Positions 1 through 10,584 of a stretch of 19,828 bases of DNA are shown piece by piece. Below the pieces are notes generated by a model. That model did not search any database. It saw only the letters and a program-made list of their open reading frames with translations, and had not been told where the DNA came from. This stretch comes from Candidatus Zixiibacteriota bacterium (GTDB lineage Bacteria; Zixibacteria; MSB-5A5; CAIYYT01). The position numbers were made by a program, and so were the translations under genes. The first letter of the stretch is position 1; every line of letters begins with the position of its first letter. The stretch lies in NCBI GenBank assembly GCA_040235515.1, contig JBECKX010000185.1:1-19828 (forward strand), given 5' to 3'.

Positions 1-59
1 AACAGGAGTGCGCCGAGGGTCGGCAGGAAGGTTACTATCGTCAGAATCGTCTGGTCCAC
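1..59 (-). CDS. nuoM: NADH-quinone oxidoreductase subunit M, N-terminal fragment (runs off window)
   Basis: Not in the ORF track. GTG at 59-57, 14 nt after the nuoL stop, reads MDQTILTIVTFLPTLGALL..., a hydrophobic LP-containing N-terminus typical of NuoM at the expected position after nuoL. Confidence 0.8.
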   Translation of the reverse strand, partial: MDQTILTIVTFLPTLGALL

Positions 60-73
60 TGTTTTCCGTTCTC

Positions 74-2002
74 TTATCTATTCAAGATTAAATAGCCAAT
101 GACGAAGACTGCGCCGACGAGGAAGACGAAGGCGTAGCTACGAATGATACCTGTCTGGACGCGCCTGACTCCGGAAGCGAGCGCGCCGACCATCCAGGCG
201 GAACCGTTCACGATACCATCCACAACTTTGACATCGAAGAACTGCCAGAGGAAGACTGAGAGGCTGATGATCGGTTGTACTATCGCCTTATCGTAGAGTT
301 CATCGACCCAATACTTGTTATAGAGGAGCTTGTGGAAGCCGCCGAGCTTCTGTTCCATCGCATAGGTATCATCCTTATTCAGGTAGAAGCGTCGGGCGGT
401 GAGGATCATCAGCACCACGACGGCGATGCTCGCGAGCATCAGAACATATTCGACGGAGTGCGAGTAGTGATGTGCTTCCCCGAACTGCGCGGCGGCGATT
501 CCTTCTTCGAAGACCGGATGGAGGAAATGCTCGAACCAGGCGCCTCCGAGGAGTGCTTCCGGCCAGCCGACGAATCCGCCGACGACCGAAAGGATTGCCA
601 GCGCGATGAGCGGGTAAGTCATCACCTTGGGTGATTCGTGAATTTTCTTTGCCGTTTCCTGGTCGTAGCGCGGGTTGCCGAAGAAGGTCATGAAGATCAG
701 GCGGAACATATAGAATGCCGTCAGTCCGGCGGTGATCACACCGATGACCCAGAACAGGGTGCCACCCACAGGTGAGGAGAAAGAACTCCAGAGGATCTCG
801 TCCTTTGAGACGAATCCTGATAGCGGGGGGAGCCCGGAGATCGCGAGCGTGGCGATCATCATGGTCCAGAAAGTGACAGGCAGCTTGTTTTTGAGTCCAC
901 CCATCTTTCGCATATCCTGCTCCTCGTGCATGGCGTGGATCACCGATCCCGCGCCGAGGAAGAGGAGCGCCTTGAAGAAGGCGTGCGTCATGACGTGGAA
1001 GATACCTGCTCCGAAGGCTGCCACGCCGCAGGCGAGGAACATATATCCGAGCTGGCTGACCGTCGAATAGGCCAGCACGCGTTTGATATCATTCTGGAAG
1101 AGACCGATCGTGGCTGCAAAGGTGGCGGTGATGATGCCGATCAGCGCCACCACCAGGAGGCTTGTCGGGGCCATCATAAACAGAGTATTGGTGCGCGCGA
1201 CCATGTAGACACCCGCGGTGACCATCGTGGCGGCGTGGATGAGTGCTGACACCGGAGTCGGGCCTTCCATCGCATCGGGCAACCAGACATAGAGGGGGAC
1301 CTGCGCAGATTTTCCGGTGGCGCCAAGGAAGAGCAGGAGCGTTGCAGCCGTGACGACACCGCCGCCGTAGGTGAGGATTTCGGGTGCGAGGTTCGAGACC
1401 TCAAGGAAGTTCACCGTGCCGAGGTGCCAGAACACGAGCATGATACCAAGCGAGAAGCCGAAGTCGCCGATTCGATTGACGATGAAAGCCTTCTTACCTG
1501 CGTCGGAGGCTGATTTGCGTTCGTGCCAGAAGCCGATCAGGAGGTAGGAACAGAGCCCGACGCCCTCCCAGCCTACATACATCAGGAGGAAATTATTGGC
1601 GAGCACAAGAATCAGCATCGAGCCGGCGAAGAGGTTCAGATAGGTGAAGAACCTGGAGAAGCCGGCATCGTGGCTCATATAGCCGATCGAATAGATATGG
1701 ATCAGGAAACCGACGCCGGTGACAACCAGCAGCATGATAGCCGAGAGCGGATCGAGCAGGAAGCCGACATCGACGTTGAATGATCCGACCGGAATCCAGC
1801 TGAAGAGCGACAGCTCATAGACGCGGCTGGTTTCGGGCAGCGCGATCAACTGGATGACCGCATAGATCGTGATCAAGAGCGAGAGACCGACTGAGCCACA
1901 GGCGATTGCCGAGACTACGTTTTTCGGCAGCCGCATGCCGACGACGCCATTAATCAGCGAGCCGAGGAGTGGCAGCAGCGGTATGAGAACAATCAATTCC
2001 AT
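74..2002 (-). CDS. nuoL: NADH-quinone oxidoreductase subunit L (antiporter-like)
   Basis: 642 aa polytopic membrane protein with GWEGVGLCSYLLIGFW, NRIGD, GKSAQVPLYVWLPDAMEGPTPVSALIHAATMV and THAFFKALLFL; operon position. Confidence 0.98.
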   Translation of the reverse strand: MELIVLIPLLPLLGSLINGVVGMRLPKNVVSAIACGSVGLSLLITIYAVIQLIALPETSRVYELSLFSWIPVGSFNVDVGFLLDPLSAIMLLVVTGVGFLIHIYSIGYMSHDAGFSRFFTYLNLFAGSMLILVLANNFLLMYVGWEGVGLCSYLLIGFWHERKSASDAGKKAFIVNRIGDFGFSLGIMLVFWHLGTVNFLEVSNLAPEILTYGGGVVTAATLLLFLGATGKSAQVPLYVWLPDAMEGPTPVSALIHAATMVTAGVYMVARTNTLFMMAPTSLLVVALIGIITATFAATIGLFQNDIKRVLAYSTVSQLGYMFLACGVAAFGAGIFHVMTHAFFKALLFLGAGSVIHAMHEEQDMRKMGGLKNKLPVTFWTMMIATLAISGLPPLSGFVSKDEILWSSFSSPVGGTLFWVIGVITAGLTAFYMFRLIFMTFFGNPRYDQETAKKIHESPKVMTYPLIALAILSVVGGFVGWPEALLGGAWFEHFLHPVFEEGIAAAQFGEAHHYSHSVEYVLMLASIAVVVLMILTARRFYLNKDDTYAMEQKLGGFHKLLYNKYWVDELYDKAIVQPIISLSVFLWQFFDVKVVDGIVNGSAWMVGALASGVRRVQTGIIRSYAFVFLVGAVFVIGYLILNR

Positions 2003-2016
2003 CTAGTATATCTTCC

Positions 2017-2340
2017 CTACCACTTGAGCAGGTTAACCTCATCGATATTGGCGGATTCGGAGTCACGGTTACGGAAGAGCGCCAGGATGATCGCCAACCC
2101 GACGGCGGCCTCGGCAGCGGCGACGGTCATGACGACAAAGACCATGACGTGACCGCCGAGCACTCCCAGATCGCGGGAGAAGGCGACGATTGCGAGATTG
2201 GCGGCATTGAGCATCAGCTCGATCGACATGAAGATAATCATGACGTTGCGGGCGATGATCACGCCCACCATGCCGATGCAGAAGATCACTCCGGAGACGA
2301 TCAGGAACCACTCTATCGGTATCATTCCATTTTCGATCAT
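2017..2340 (-). CDS. nuoK: NADH-quinone oxidoreductase subunit K
   Basis: 107 aa, three TM segments, SIELMLNA and [12 protein letters not shown] motifs; GGAGG upstream of the start. Confidence 0.97.
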   Translation of the reverse strand: MIENGMIPIEWFLIVSGVIFCIGMVGVIIARNVMIIFMSIELMLNAANLAIVAFSRDLGVLGGHVMVFVVMTVAAAEAAVGLAIILALFRNRDSESANIDEVNLLKW

Positions 2341-2357
2341 TGCACTAAGGCCTCCAC

Positions 2358-2858
2358 CTACAAGCTTCGCTTTGCCATCACGACGGCGCCCAGTACGGCT
2401 ACGATCAGCAGCACTGAAGTCAACTCGAACGGATAGAGGTAATTGGTAAACAGTTCGATGCCCACAGCTTTGACCGAACCGAAGTCCGCCGGCAAGGACG
2501 CCCCGGCCTGCTTGACGATCTCCGAGCTGTCGACGATTACGATCACCTGCAGCAGCATGACGATAGCGAACGCCACGGCAACAGGTTTGTAACGCAGCTT
2601 GATATCTCTGCCGAAATCCTCGCGCCTGAGGTTCAGGAGCATGATCACGAAGAGGAAGAGCACGAGGATGGCGCCGGCGTAGACGATGATTTGCAGCATC
2701 GCGAGGAAAGCGGCGCTGAGTTTGATGAAGAGGACTACCTGAGCGACGAACGAGGTCACGAGATACATCACCGAGGCGATCGGATTACGCTGGGTAATCA
2801 CGAGGATCGACGCGGAGATTGCAATCGCTGCTGCTGCAAAGAAAATGAATGTGTTCAT
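2358..2858 (-). CDS. nuoJ: NADH-quinone oxidoreductase subunit J
   Basis: 166 aa hydrophobic protein with [24 protein letters not shown] and [10 protein letters not shown] motifs. Confidence 0.97.
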   Translation of the reverse strand: MNTFIFFAAAAIAISASILVITQRNPIASVMYLVTSFVAQVVLFIKLSAAFLAMLQIIVYAGAILVLFLFVIMLLNLRREDFGRDIKLRYKPVAVAFAIVMLLQVIVIVDSSEIVKQAGASLPADFGSVKAVGIELFTNYLYPFELTSVLLIVAVLGAVVMAKRSL

Positions 2859-2903
2859 CGTTTGCCTGTCTTGCCTAATCGAGTATCCACTGTTCTCGGT
2901 ACC

Positions 2904-3449
2904 CTAGCTCTTGTAGGTCTTCGCTCTCTCTGCGATTTCTTCATCGGTGCCGGCCTGTTTCTTATCCTGCCAGGCGACACGACGTTTCGGGCGCAGGAAG
3001 TTGACCGGTGACGGCTTCTCACGAGGCCACTTCACCAGCATATCTTCTTTCGTATAGATAAATTTGTCGCGATGATCGGCGGCGAACTCGTACTCTTTGC
3101 CGAGGAAGATTGCCTCTTCGGGGCAGGCTTCCTCGCAGAATCCGCAGAAGATGCAGCGCAGTTCATTGATTTCGTAGACTTTCGCGTAGCGTTCGCCATG
3201 TTCCGTTTCGGCCGGTTCCATATAGATAGCATCCGCGGGACAGGCGGCGGCACAGAGGCCGCAACAGACGCAGCGCTCACTGCCGTCATCATCGTAGCGC
3301 TCGAGGAAATGGAGTCCACGATAGCGCGGCATCATCGGTGGTTTCTCGAACGGGTAGTTTACAGTCACCGGTTTGCGAAACATCTGCTTCAACACGGTGA
3401 ACATCCCTATCGGGATCGCTATGAAAACTTCATACAGTGCTCTAAACAA
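2904..3449 (-). CDS. nuoI: NADH-quinone oxidoreductase subunit I (2x[4Fe-4S])
   Basis: TVNYP..RYRG, then CVCCGLCAAACP and CIFCGFCEEACP ferredoxin motifs. Confidence 0.97.
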   Translation of the reverse strand: MFRALYEVFIAIPIGMFTVLKQMFRKPVTVNYPFEKPPMMPRYRGLHFLERYDDDGSERCVCCGLCAAACPADAIYMEPAETEHGERYAKVYEINELRCIFCGFCEEACPEEAIFLGKEYEFAADHRDKFIYTKEDMLVKWPREKPSPVNFLRPKRRVAWQDKKQAGTDEEIAERAKTYKS

Positions 3450-3458
3450 TTGTATCTC

Positions 3459-4442
3459 CTAAAGCTTCATGATAAGCGCGGTGACAAGGATGTTAGCCAG
3501 TGCCAGCGGCAGCAGAATATACCACCCGAATTTCATCAATTGATCGTAGCGCAGACGCGGCAGACTGGCACGTGCCCAGATATAAAGGAAAAGGAACAGG
3601 AACGTCTTGATGACGAACCACACCACCGGTGGCAGCAGTGGACCATTCCAGCCGCCGAAGTATATCGTGGTTGCCATTGCCGAGACGGTAATCATCGCGG
3701 CGTACTCACCGACGAAGAAGAGACCGAAACGCATCGCGGAGTATTCGGTATGGTAACCCGCGACCAGTTCAGACTCCGCTTCCGGCAGGTCGAATGGTGC
3801 GCGGTTGGTTTCCGCGAAGGCGGCAACGATGAAGATCAAGAACGAGACCGGCTGGCGGAAGATATACCAGTCGAGGATCGAGGCTTGCTGGGCAACGATT
3901 TCGACCAGGTTGAGCGATCCGGCGATCATGATGACTCCGATGAATGACATCCCGAGGGCAATTTCATAGGAGATCATCTGCGCCGAGGAACGCAATCCAC
4001 CCATCATCGAGTATTTGCTGTTGGAGGCCCAACCCGCCATGATGATTCCATAGATGCCGAGTGAGGTCACCGCCAGGACGAAGAGTATTCCAAGGTTGAA
4101 GTTGGAGATGACGAGATCGATTTCTCTGCCGAAGAGATTGATCTTATCGCCGAACGGGATCACCGAGATCGGCAGCATCGCCGGAATGAAAGCCAGCAAC
4201 GGAGCCAACAGATAGAGTGAGCGGTGCGCCGCGTTCGGGATGACATCTTCCTTGAAGAGCAGCTTGATCATATCCGCGATCGGGGTAAGCAAGCCTCTGT
4301 AGCCGGCGGTATTGGGGCCGATACGAGACTGCATCGCCGCGACGAACCTTCTCTCGAGGTAGGTCATCCAGGCGCAGCCGGTCAGCAGCACCGTAACCAC
4401 GAGCAGACACTTGATTGCGGTTATGATAATAAACTCGATCAT
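3459..4442 (-). CDS. nuoH: NADH-quinone oxidoreductase subunit H
   Basis: ERR..Q.RIGPN, GGLRSSAQMISYE, AETNRAPFDLPEAESELVAGYHTEYS and PRLRYDQLM. Confidence 0.98.
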   Translation of the reverse strand: MIEFIIITAIKCLLVVTVLLTGCAWMTYLERRFVAAMQSRIGPNTAGYRGLLTPIADMIKLLFKEDVIPNAAHRSLYLLAPLLAFIPAMLPISVIPFGDKINLFGREIDLVISNFNLGILFVLAVTSLGIYGIIMAGWASNSKYSMMGGLRSSAQMISYEIALGMSFIGVIMIAGSLNLVEIVAQQASILDWYIFRQPVSFLIFIVAAFAETNRAPFDLPEAESELVAGYHTEYSAMRFGLFFVGEYAAMITVSAMATTIYFGGWNGPLLPPVVWFVIKTFLFLFLYIWARASLPRLRYDQLMKFGWYILLPLALANILVTALIMKL

Positions 4443-4479
4443 GGCTTTGCTTTACTACTCTCGCTTCCCTGCGCCCTGC

Positions 4480-7080
4480 CTACATCTTGCTCAGCTTGAC
4501 GCGGTCGTAACGTTCCTTGCGACCCATCAGGAGGTTGGCTGCCAGTTCGGAGAAATTGTCGGGTATAACGACTCTTCCCTGCGGCAGGTCTTCGAGCCGT
4601 CTGGTTTTGCCGACAACCTTGCCGAATTTCGATTCGACTTTGACCAGGTCTCCCTCAGAGAGCTTCAGCTTATCAGCATCGTCCTGGTTCAGTCCGATGT
4701 AGGGTTCGCTGCAGAAGTTCATCAGAGATTCGGAGCGCTTGGTTAGAGTCCCTCTATGGTGATCCGCATTCACAGTGACAAGATGGAACGGAAATTCCTC
4801 GTTTGAGTCAACAGGATTAAACTGGAAGGTGCTGAACCCGCCGATCGGTTGCTCAGGATTCGCTTTGATCTGCACTCCAGCCTGCGGTAACCGCTCGAAG
4901 TTCGAGGGTGCGTCGACGGGAAGAAATCCGATCATCTCGCTGTAGACATCGAGGGGCGACATTTGCTGGAAAGCTGTCCCCAACTTATCTGATAGCAATT
5001 CGATGATCTCGCACGCGGGCTTCGATTCGGCCAGCGGTTTGAGCGCGCGCGCGGAATACTGGATGCGGCCTTCCCAGTTGGTGCGGGTACCTTCGCTCTC
5101 AGCGAAAGGCGCCAGCGGCAGGATGACATCCGCGATGCGAGCGGTATCGGTCATGAAGCTGTCGATCACCACGAGGAGTTTCAGTTTCTCCATCACCGAG
5201 CGGGCATAACCGCCATCGGGGAATTTGCGCACCGGATCGGATTGCAGGACAAAGCCGCATTCGATCTCATCCTCGTTGATCGCTTCAAGAATTCCGATAG
5301 TGTCCTTCCCGACCATATCGGTGAGCGGTCCACGCCAGGCATCTTCAAATCTCCCTTTACCCTCAAACCCGATCTGTCCGGGCAGTCGGTTCGGGAGAGC
5401 GCCGAGCCACTCGGCTCCAAACACGTTACTCTCATCCGGCATGGTCACCAGCAGGCAACGTTTGAATGCTTTGCGGAGATTAGTCGCGGCAACCAGCAGT
5501 GAATCCCGCCAGGGATCGCGACCAAAGAATGCACCGGTGAGGATGACGGCTGATTCCGATTTCGAAACGATATCAGCGATCTTGTCGATAGTGGTGGTGT
5601 CGATCCCGGTGAGCTGTGCAGCTTTGTCACCTGAATAGTCGCTGTGTTTGGAATTGAAGTCCGCTATATCGCCGGCCGCCAGACCGTGAGATGAGGGATC
5701 GCCTTTGATTCTGTCAAGAACGGCTGCGGTGATCGCGGTCAGAGCAACGCCGCCCGTGCCGGGCTTATGAATCGCTTCGATTGCGTCGGTGCGAACAGCC
5801 AGGTGGGTCGGGACCGGGTTGATGATAATCAGCTTTGCTCCGTTGTAGCGGATGGCGCGCTTGACCCGCAAGGCCGTGATCGGGTTTTCGGAATGCAGGT
5901 CTGATCCGAAGACAACGATGGTGTCGGCCGTCTCGATGTCGTCGTAAGTGGCTGAGTCAGGACCAAGCTTGCGATCGGTTATCTCTTTGTCGTAGTCGAG
6001 ATGCCGTTTGCGGTTGAGGCGGTAATCGATGTTGTTGGTGCCGATGACACGGCGCAGGAAGCGCTGGAAGGAATAAATCTCTTCGTTGTAAGCGCCTGCA
6101 CCGATGAATCCGAAGAACCCACTACCGGAGAGCTTTTTCTTGAGATCATCGGTGTGGGTCTTGATGTATTCCAACGCCTCGCCCCAACTGGTCTCGACGA
6201 GTTCGCCCTCTTTGCGCACCATCGGCTTTTTGAGGCGATCGCTGCTCGTCATGTATTGGTAACCGTAGCGACCGATGTCGCAAAGGAAGCCTTTGTCGAT
6301 TGCATCGTTGGGGCGCGCGGTCGCACGGTAGAGTTTATCGTGATAGGTCCAGAGTGTCATGTTGCAGCCGTCGGGACAGAGGGTGCAGACGACCGGGGTT
6401 TGCTCGGTCAGCCAGACACGCACTTTATAGCGCCAGTCGGTATTGGTGAGCGCACCGACCGGACAGTACTCGACGACGTTGCCGGAATAGAGGTTGCGAA
6501 TCTCTTTACCGGGGGGCGGCAGGATTTCGGTGTGATTGCCGCGCTGGTAGGCGCCGAGGTCATCCTCGAACGCGACTTCATCCACGATACGCGTGCAGCG
6601 GTAGCAGTGGATGCAGCGGTTCTGGTTGCGGATCACTTCTGGTCCGATGCGCAGATCGTCGAAGGTTGACTCCTCGTCGACGATGTAGCGATGTTTCGGC
6701 TCTTTCAGGCGGCTGTAGTCGAGCCCATACTTGAAAGTGATGTTCTGCAGATCACATTCGCCACCCTTATCGCAGGTGGGACAATCGAGCGGGTGGTGGG
6801 CGAGGATGAACTCCAGCACACCACGACGCGCCTTGACCACTTTGGGCGATTCGGTATGGACGACCATTCCCTCCTGCGCCACTGTCGCGCACGCGACCTG
6901 CAGTTTCGGGAATTTCTCGATTTCAACGAGGCAGATGCGACAGGCGCCGACCGGATCCATTTGCGGATGCCAGCAGAAGACAGGAATATCGATCCCCGCG
7001 TTCAGGGCGGCCTGCAGCACGGTTTGGCCCTTGTTGACCGGAACGGTCTGATCATTAACTGTTATCGTGAAGTCGGTCAT
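4480..7080 (-). CDS. nuoG: NADH-quinone oxidoreductase subunit G (long form)
   Basis: 866 aa. N1b (FCWH..GACRIC..AC), N5 (HPLDCPTCDKGGEC), N4 (CIHCYRC..CPVGAL) and N7-type (CTLCPDGC..LCDIGR) motifs, then molybdopterin-oxidoreductase-like domains. ATGA overlap with nuoF. Confidence 0.96.
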   Translation of the reverse strand: MTDFTITVNDQTVPVNKGQTVLQAALNAGIDIPVFCWHPQMDPVGACRICLVEIEKFPKLQVACATVAQEGMVVHTESPKVVKARRGVLEFILAHHPLDCPTCDKGGECDLQNITFKYGLDYSRLKEPKHRYIVDEESTFDDLRIGPEVIRNQNRCIHCYRCTRIVDEVAFEDDLGAYQRGNHTEILPPPGKEIRNLYSGNVVEYCPVGALTNTDWRYKVRVWLTEQTPVVCTLCPDGCNMTLWTYHDKLYRATARPNDAIDKGFLCDIGRYGYQYMTSSDRLKKPMVRKEGELVETSWGEALEYIKTHTDDLKKKLSGSGFFGFIGAGAYNEEIYSFQRFLRRVIGTNNIDYRLNRKRHLDYDKEITDRKLGPDSATYDDIETADTIVVFGSDLHSENPITALRVKRAIRYNGAKLIIINPVPTHLAVRTDAIEAIHKPGTGGVALTAITAAVLDRIKGDPSSHGLAAGDIADFNSKHSDYSGDKAAQLTGIDTTTIDKIADIVSKSESAVILTGAFFGRDPWRDSLLVAATNLRKAFKRCLLVTMPDESNVFGAEWLGALPNRLPGQIGFEGKGRFEDAWRGPLTDMVGKDTIGILEAINEDEIECGFVLQSDPVRKFPDGGYARSVMEKLKLLVVIDSFMTDTARIADVILPLAPFAESEGTRTNWEGRIQYSARALKPLAESKPACEIIELLSDKLGTAFQQMSPLDVYSEMIGFLPVDAPSNFERLPQAGVQIKANPEQPIGGFSTFQFNPVDSNEEFPFHLVTVNADHHRGTLTKRSESLMNFCSEPYIGLNQDDADKLKLSEGDLVKVESKFGKVVGKTRRLEDLPQGRVVIPDNFSELAANLLMGRKERYDRVKLSKM

Positions 7081-8399
7081 TTGGGCAACAGCCTGAAATC
7101 GTTGTTATGTTTACACTTCTTGTGTTCAATATGATAAATGTACTCATCCTTAAAATGCTTCAGCGTCGAGATCACCGGTACAGCAGCGGCGTCACCGAGA
7201 GCACAGATAGTATTGCCTTCAATATTGTCTGCAAGGTCAAGGAGGGTGTCGAGGTCCTCCATTTTCCCCTGGCCATTTTCGATGCGATGCAGGATCTCGT
7301 AGAGCCAGCCGGTTCCCTGACGGCAGGGCGTGCACTTCCCGCACGACTCGTGCATGTAGAAGTGAGCGAGGATTTCGGCCACCCAGACGATGCAGGTATC
7401 CTCCTGCATGACGATGACGCCTCCGGAGCCGAGCATCGAGCCGGCAGCGGCTACCGATTCGAAGTCGAGCGGAGTGTCGAGCTGGTCGGGCATCAGGACC
7501 GGTGTGGATGAACCGCCGGGGATGATGCACTTGAGGGGTTTGTCATCGAGGATGCCGCCGGCGAGGCCATAGACCAGGTCGCGCAGCGTCATTCCGAGTT
7601 CGATTTCGTAGTTCCCCGGTTTCTTGACATGACCCGACACCGAGAAGAGGCGCGTGCCTTTTGATTTCTCGGTACCCATACCGGCGTACCAGGCGGCACC
7701 TTTGAGCACGATGCGTGGCAGGTTCGAGACGGTTTCGACGTTGTTCACGACGGTCGGGCAGGCGTAGAGTCCCTCGATCGCCGGGAATGGCGGTTTCAGG
7801 CGCGAGAGTCCTTTTTCTCCTTCGAGTGAGCTAAGGAGCGCCGTTTCTTCACCACAGATATAAGCACCACCGCCACGATGAAGCACCAAATCCAAATCAT
7901 ACCCGGTCCCCATGATATTCTTGCCGAGGAAGCCCTTCTCGTACGCCTCCTCGATCGCCTTCTTGATCCGCCGCATGCTGAGGTCGTATTCGCCGCGGAC
8001 GTAGAAAAACGCGGTGTGGCAGTCGATGGCGAAGGCCGCAATCATGCAGCCCTCGATGACTGTATGTGGATCGTTCTCCATCAGTACGCGGTCTTTGCAG
8101 GTCCCCGGCTCAGATTCGTCGGCGTTGCAGCAAAGATACTTGGGCTTGGGAGAGTTGACCGGCACAAATCCCCACTTGACACCAGTCGGGAATCCGGCGC
8201 CGCCGCGCCCGCGCAGACCGGAGTCTTTGACCCATTGCACGAGTTCCTCGCGTTTGACCTCTTTGAGCACCTTCTCCCAGGCTTTGTAGGCGCCGAGTTC
8301 GATCGCGTGCTCGATTTTATGCAGGTTGGGATCGCCAACATGCTCGAGCAACACGCGCGTTTCTCTGGCGTTGGATTTATTCTGCGTTGCGCCAGTCAT
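7077..8399 (-). CDS. nuoF: NADH-quinone oxidoreductase subunit F (FMN/NADH-binding)
   Basis: SGLRGRGGAGFPTG, NADESEPGT, GAYICGEETALL and ESCGKCTPCR..TICALG (N3). Confidence 0.98.
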   Translation of the reverse strand: MTGATQNKSNARETRVLLEHVGDPNLHKIEHAIELGAYKAWEKVLKEVKREELVQWVKDSGLRGRGGAGFPTGVKWGFVPVNSPKPKYLCCNADESEPGTCKDRVLMENDPHTVIEGCMIAAFAIDCHTAFFYVRGEYDLSMRRIKKAIEEAYEKGFLGKNIMGTGYDLDLVLHRGGGAYICGEETALLSSLEGEKGLSRLKPPFPAIEGLYACPTVVNNVETVSNLPRIVLKGAAWYAGMGTEKSKGTRLFSVSGHVKKPGNYEIELGMTLRDLVYGLAGGILDDKPLKCIIPGGSSTPVLMPDQLDTPLDFESVAAAGSMLGSGGVIVMQEDTCIVWVAEILAHFYMHESCGKCTPCRQGTGWLYEILHRIENGQGKMEDLDTLLDLADNIEGNTICALGDAAAVPVISTLKHFKDEYIYHIEHKKCKHNNDFRLLPK

Positions 8400-8853
8400 C
8401 TAACAGCTTGTCAACTTTCTCAATTGTCAAGTTCTCGTAGTACTTTTCATTTACCTGCATCATCGGGGCCGTGCAGCAGCTTCCCAGGCATTCGACTTCA
8501 ACGACGGTGAAGAGTCCATCCGCAGATGTTTCGCCCAACTTCGTTCCTGTTTTCTCAAGGAGATACCTGGTCAGGTGGTGCGAGCCGAGCAAGGCACAGG
8601 AGATGTTGCGGCATACCTGAATGTAGTATTTGCCGCGCTTGGCTTTCGGGAAGAGCGTATAGAATGATGCCGCTTCGGCTACTTCGATGAATTTCACGCC
8701 AAGCACCTCGGCGATCTCCTTGTACATTTCATCATTGAGATAGCCGTGCTCCTCATGGGCGGCGTGCAGACCGGGCAGAATCGCCGACTTAGCCCGAGGA
8801 TAACGCTCTTTGGCTTGTGAAATTTTTCGCTTTGTCTCGTCTGATAGAATCAT
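8377..8853 (-). CDS. nuoE: NADH-quinone oxidoreductase subunit E ([2Fe-2S] N1a)
   Basis: ASFY, VCRNISC and ECLGSCCTAP motifs; between nuoD and nuoF. Confidence 0.97.
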   Translation of the reverse strand: MILSDETKRKISQAKERYPRAKSAILPGLHAAHEEHGYLNDEMYKEIAEVLGVKFIEVAEAASFYTLFPKAKRGKYYIQVCRNISCALLGSHHLTRYLLEKTGTKLGETSADGLFTVVEVECLGSCCTAPMMQVNEKYYENLTIEKVDKLLDDWRNAE

Positions 8854-8872
8854 CTAAGCATCCATCCAGGCG

Positions 8873-10045
8873 TCACCTATCAACCTCACCGAGCACGATA
8901 TCGATCGAGCCGATGCAGGTAATCACATCTGAAAGCAGCCCTCCGACCACAAACTTCGGGAGAGCCGAGATATTCACAAAACTGGGCGGACGAACCCGCA
9001 TCCGATATGGTCGGGGCGAGCCATCCGAAACGAAATAGAATCCGATTTCACCCTTCGGGGACTCGATGGTAACATAGACTTCACCCTTGGGTGGGCTGAA
9101 GCCCTGCGTGATCAGTTTGAAGTGGTAGATCATCGCTTCCATCGAGTAGAGACATTCTTCCTTGGTGGGAAGCACGATTCCGGGAGCGCGCGAGCGATAG
9201 CGGCCTTCCGGCATGCCATCGATTGCCTGCTCGATGATCCTGAGCGACTGGCGCATTTCCTCCATTCGGACTTCGTAGCGACCGAAAGAGTCGCAGCGAT
9301 CGGAGGTGGGTATCTCGAATTCGAATTTGTCGTAGCTGGAATATGGCCGTGCTTTGCGGAGGTCATGTTTGACACCAGAGGCGCGCAGCAGCGGTCCGGT
9401 GATGCCTGACTTGATCGCCTCTTCCTTGCTGATGACACCGACATTCATGGTGCGGTTGCGCCAGATGCGGTTGTTGGTCAGGATATCTTCATATTCCTGG
9501 ACACGCACTTTCATGTTCTTCAATAGCGTGCGCACCAGCGGCTCGAAATCGGCGGGAAGGTCCTGGGCGAGCCCACCGACGCGGAAGTAGGTGGACATCA
9601 TCCGCTGGCCGGAGACGGCTTCATAGATTTTGAGCACGTCTTCGCGTTCGCGGAAGGCGTAGAGCACCATGCTCATCGCACCGATATCGAGTGCGTGAGT
9701 TCCGAGCCAGACCAGATGGGAGTTGAGGCGGGTTACCTCCGCCAACAGGACGCGAGCCCATTGCGCTTTCTCCGGAATCTCCACCCCGAAGAGCTTTTCG
9801 ACACCGAGGCAGTAGCCGAAGTTGTTCGACATCGGCGCGAGATAGTCCATCCGATCAGTCATCGGGATAGCTTTATAGTAGAGCTTGGCCTCGGCGGTCT
9901 TTTCGATTCCGGTGTGGAGATAGCCGATTTCGGGAACGCACTTGACCACAGTCTCGCCATCCAGTTCGAGCACAACGCGCAACACACCGTGGGTCGCGGG
10001 ATGCTGCGGCCCAACATTGACTGTCATCGTCTTGGCTTCAACCAT
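8873..10045 (-). CDS. nuoD: NADH-quinone oxidoreductase subunit D
   Basis: NVGPQHPATHGVLR, GYLHTGIEK, DRMDY, ESPKGE and C-terminal DIVLGEVDR. No CxxC Ni ligands, so not a hydrogenase large subunit. Confidence 0.98.
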   Translation of the reverse strand: MVEAKTMTVNVGPQHPATHGVLRVVLELDGETVVKCVPEIGYLHTGIEKTAEAKLYYKAIPMTDRMDYLAPMSNNFGYCLGVEKLFGVEIPEKAQWARVLLAEVTRLNSHLVWLGTHALDIGAMSMVLYAFREREDVLKIYEAVSGQRMMSTYFRVGGLAQDLPADFEPLVRTLLKNMKVRVQEYEDILTNNRIWRNRTMNVGVISKEEAIKSGITGPLLRASGVKHDLRKARPYSSYDKFEFEIPTSDRCDSFGRYEVRMEEMRQSLRIIEQAIDGMPEGRYRSRAPGIVLPTKEECLYSMEAMIYHFKLITQGFSPPKGEVYVTIESPKGEIGFYFVSDGSPRPYRMRVRPPSFVNISALPKFVVGGLLSDVITCIGSIDIVLGEVDR

Positions 10046-10545
10046 TACTTGATGATCTCCGGTGGGTTATCTTTGTTGAAACTGAACTGGGGGCGCTCGT
10101 AGGTGAGCGGATAATCTTTTCGCAGCGGGTGGCCTTCGAAGTCCTCCCACATCAGGATGCGACGCAGGTCGGGATGACCGGAGAACTGCACTCCGAACAT
10201 GTCGTAGACTTCCCGCTCGAGCCAGTTAGCGGCATCCCAGAGTTCGGTCAAGGAGGGTACGGCCTCGCCCTCGGCGACGCGCACCTTCAATCTGATATAT
10301 TCACAGAGTTCGTAAGAATAGAGGTGGTAGATGACCTCGTGGCGTTGATCGTCATCGGGCCAGTCGGTGGCTGTGATATCGGAGAGATGGATATAGCGCA
10401 ACTCAGGTTCGTCACGCAGGAAGCGTACGATCTCTACAATATCGTTACTGGCGACCTTGACCGCCAATTCGTTGTATGCGTCCGTAACCTCGGTAAGGCG
10501 ATCGCCAAACCGGGCAACAAGTTTGTCCCGCGTAGCAGCGTGCAT
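10045..10545 (-). CDS. nuoC: NADH-quinone oxidoreductase subunit C
   Basis: [40 protein letters not shown] coupling to nuoD. Confidence 0.98.
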   Translation of the reverse strand: MHAATRDKLVARFGDRLTEVTDAYNELAVKVASNDIVEIVRFLRDEPELRYIHLSDITATDWPDDDQRHEVIYHLYSYELCEYIRLKVRVAEGEAVPSLTELWDAANWLEREVYDMFGVQFSGHPDLRRILMWEDFEGHPLRKDYPLTYERPQFSFNKDNPPEIIK

Positions 10546-10584
10546 TATCTACCGTTGTAAGAAAGGTTCGAATCAACCGCCGGT

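Noticed and set aside
3072..3947. 291 aa plus-strand ORF, and similar long antisense ORFs (6001-6669, 7878-8510, 13764-14534)
   Set aside because: Fully antisense to well-conserved genes with no recognisable motifs; typical shadow ORFs of GC-rich codon usage.
10563..10580. GGTTCGAATC, a tRNA T-loop-like sequence between nuoB and nuoC
   Set aside because: The gap is only 39 bp and there is no cloverleaf or CCA end.
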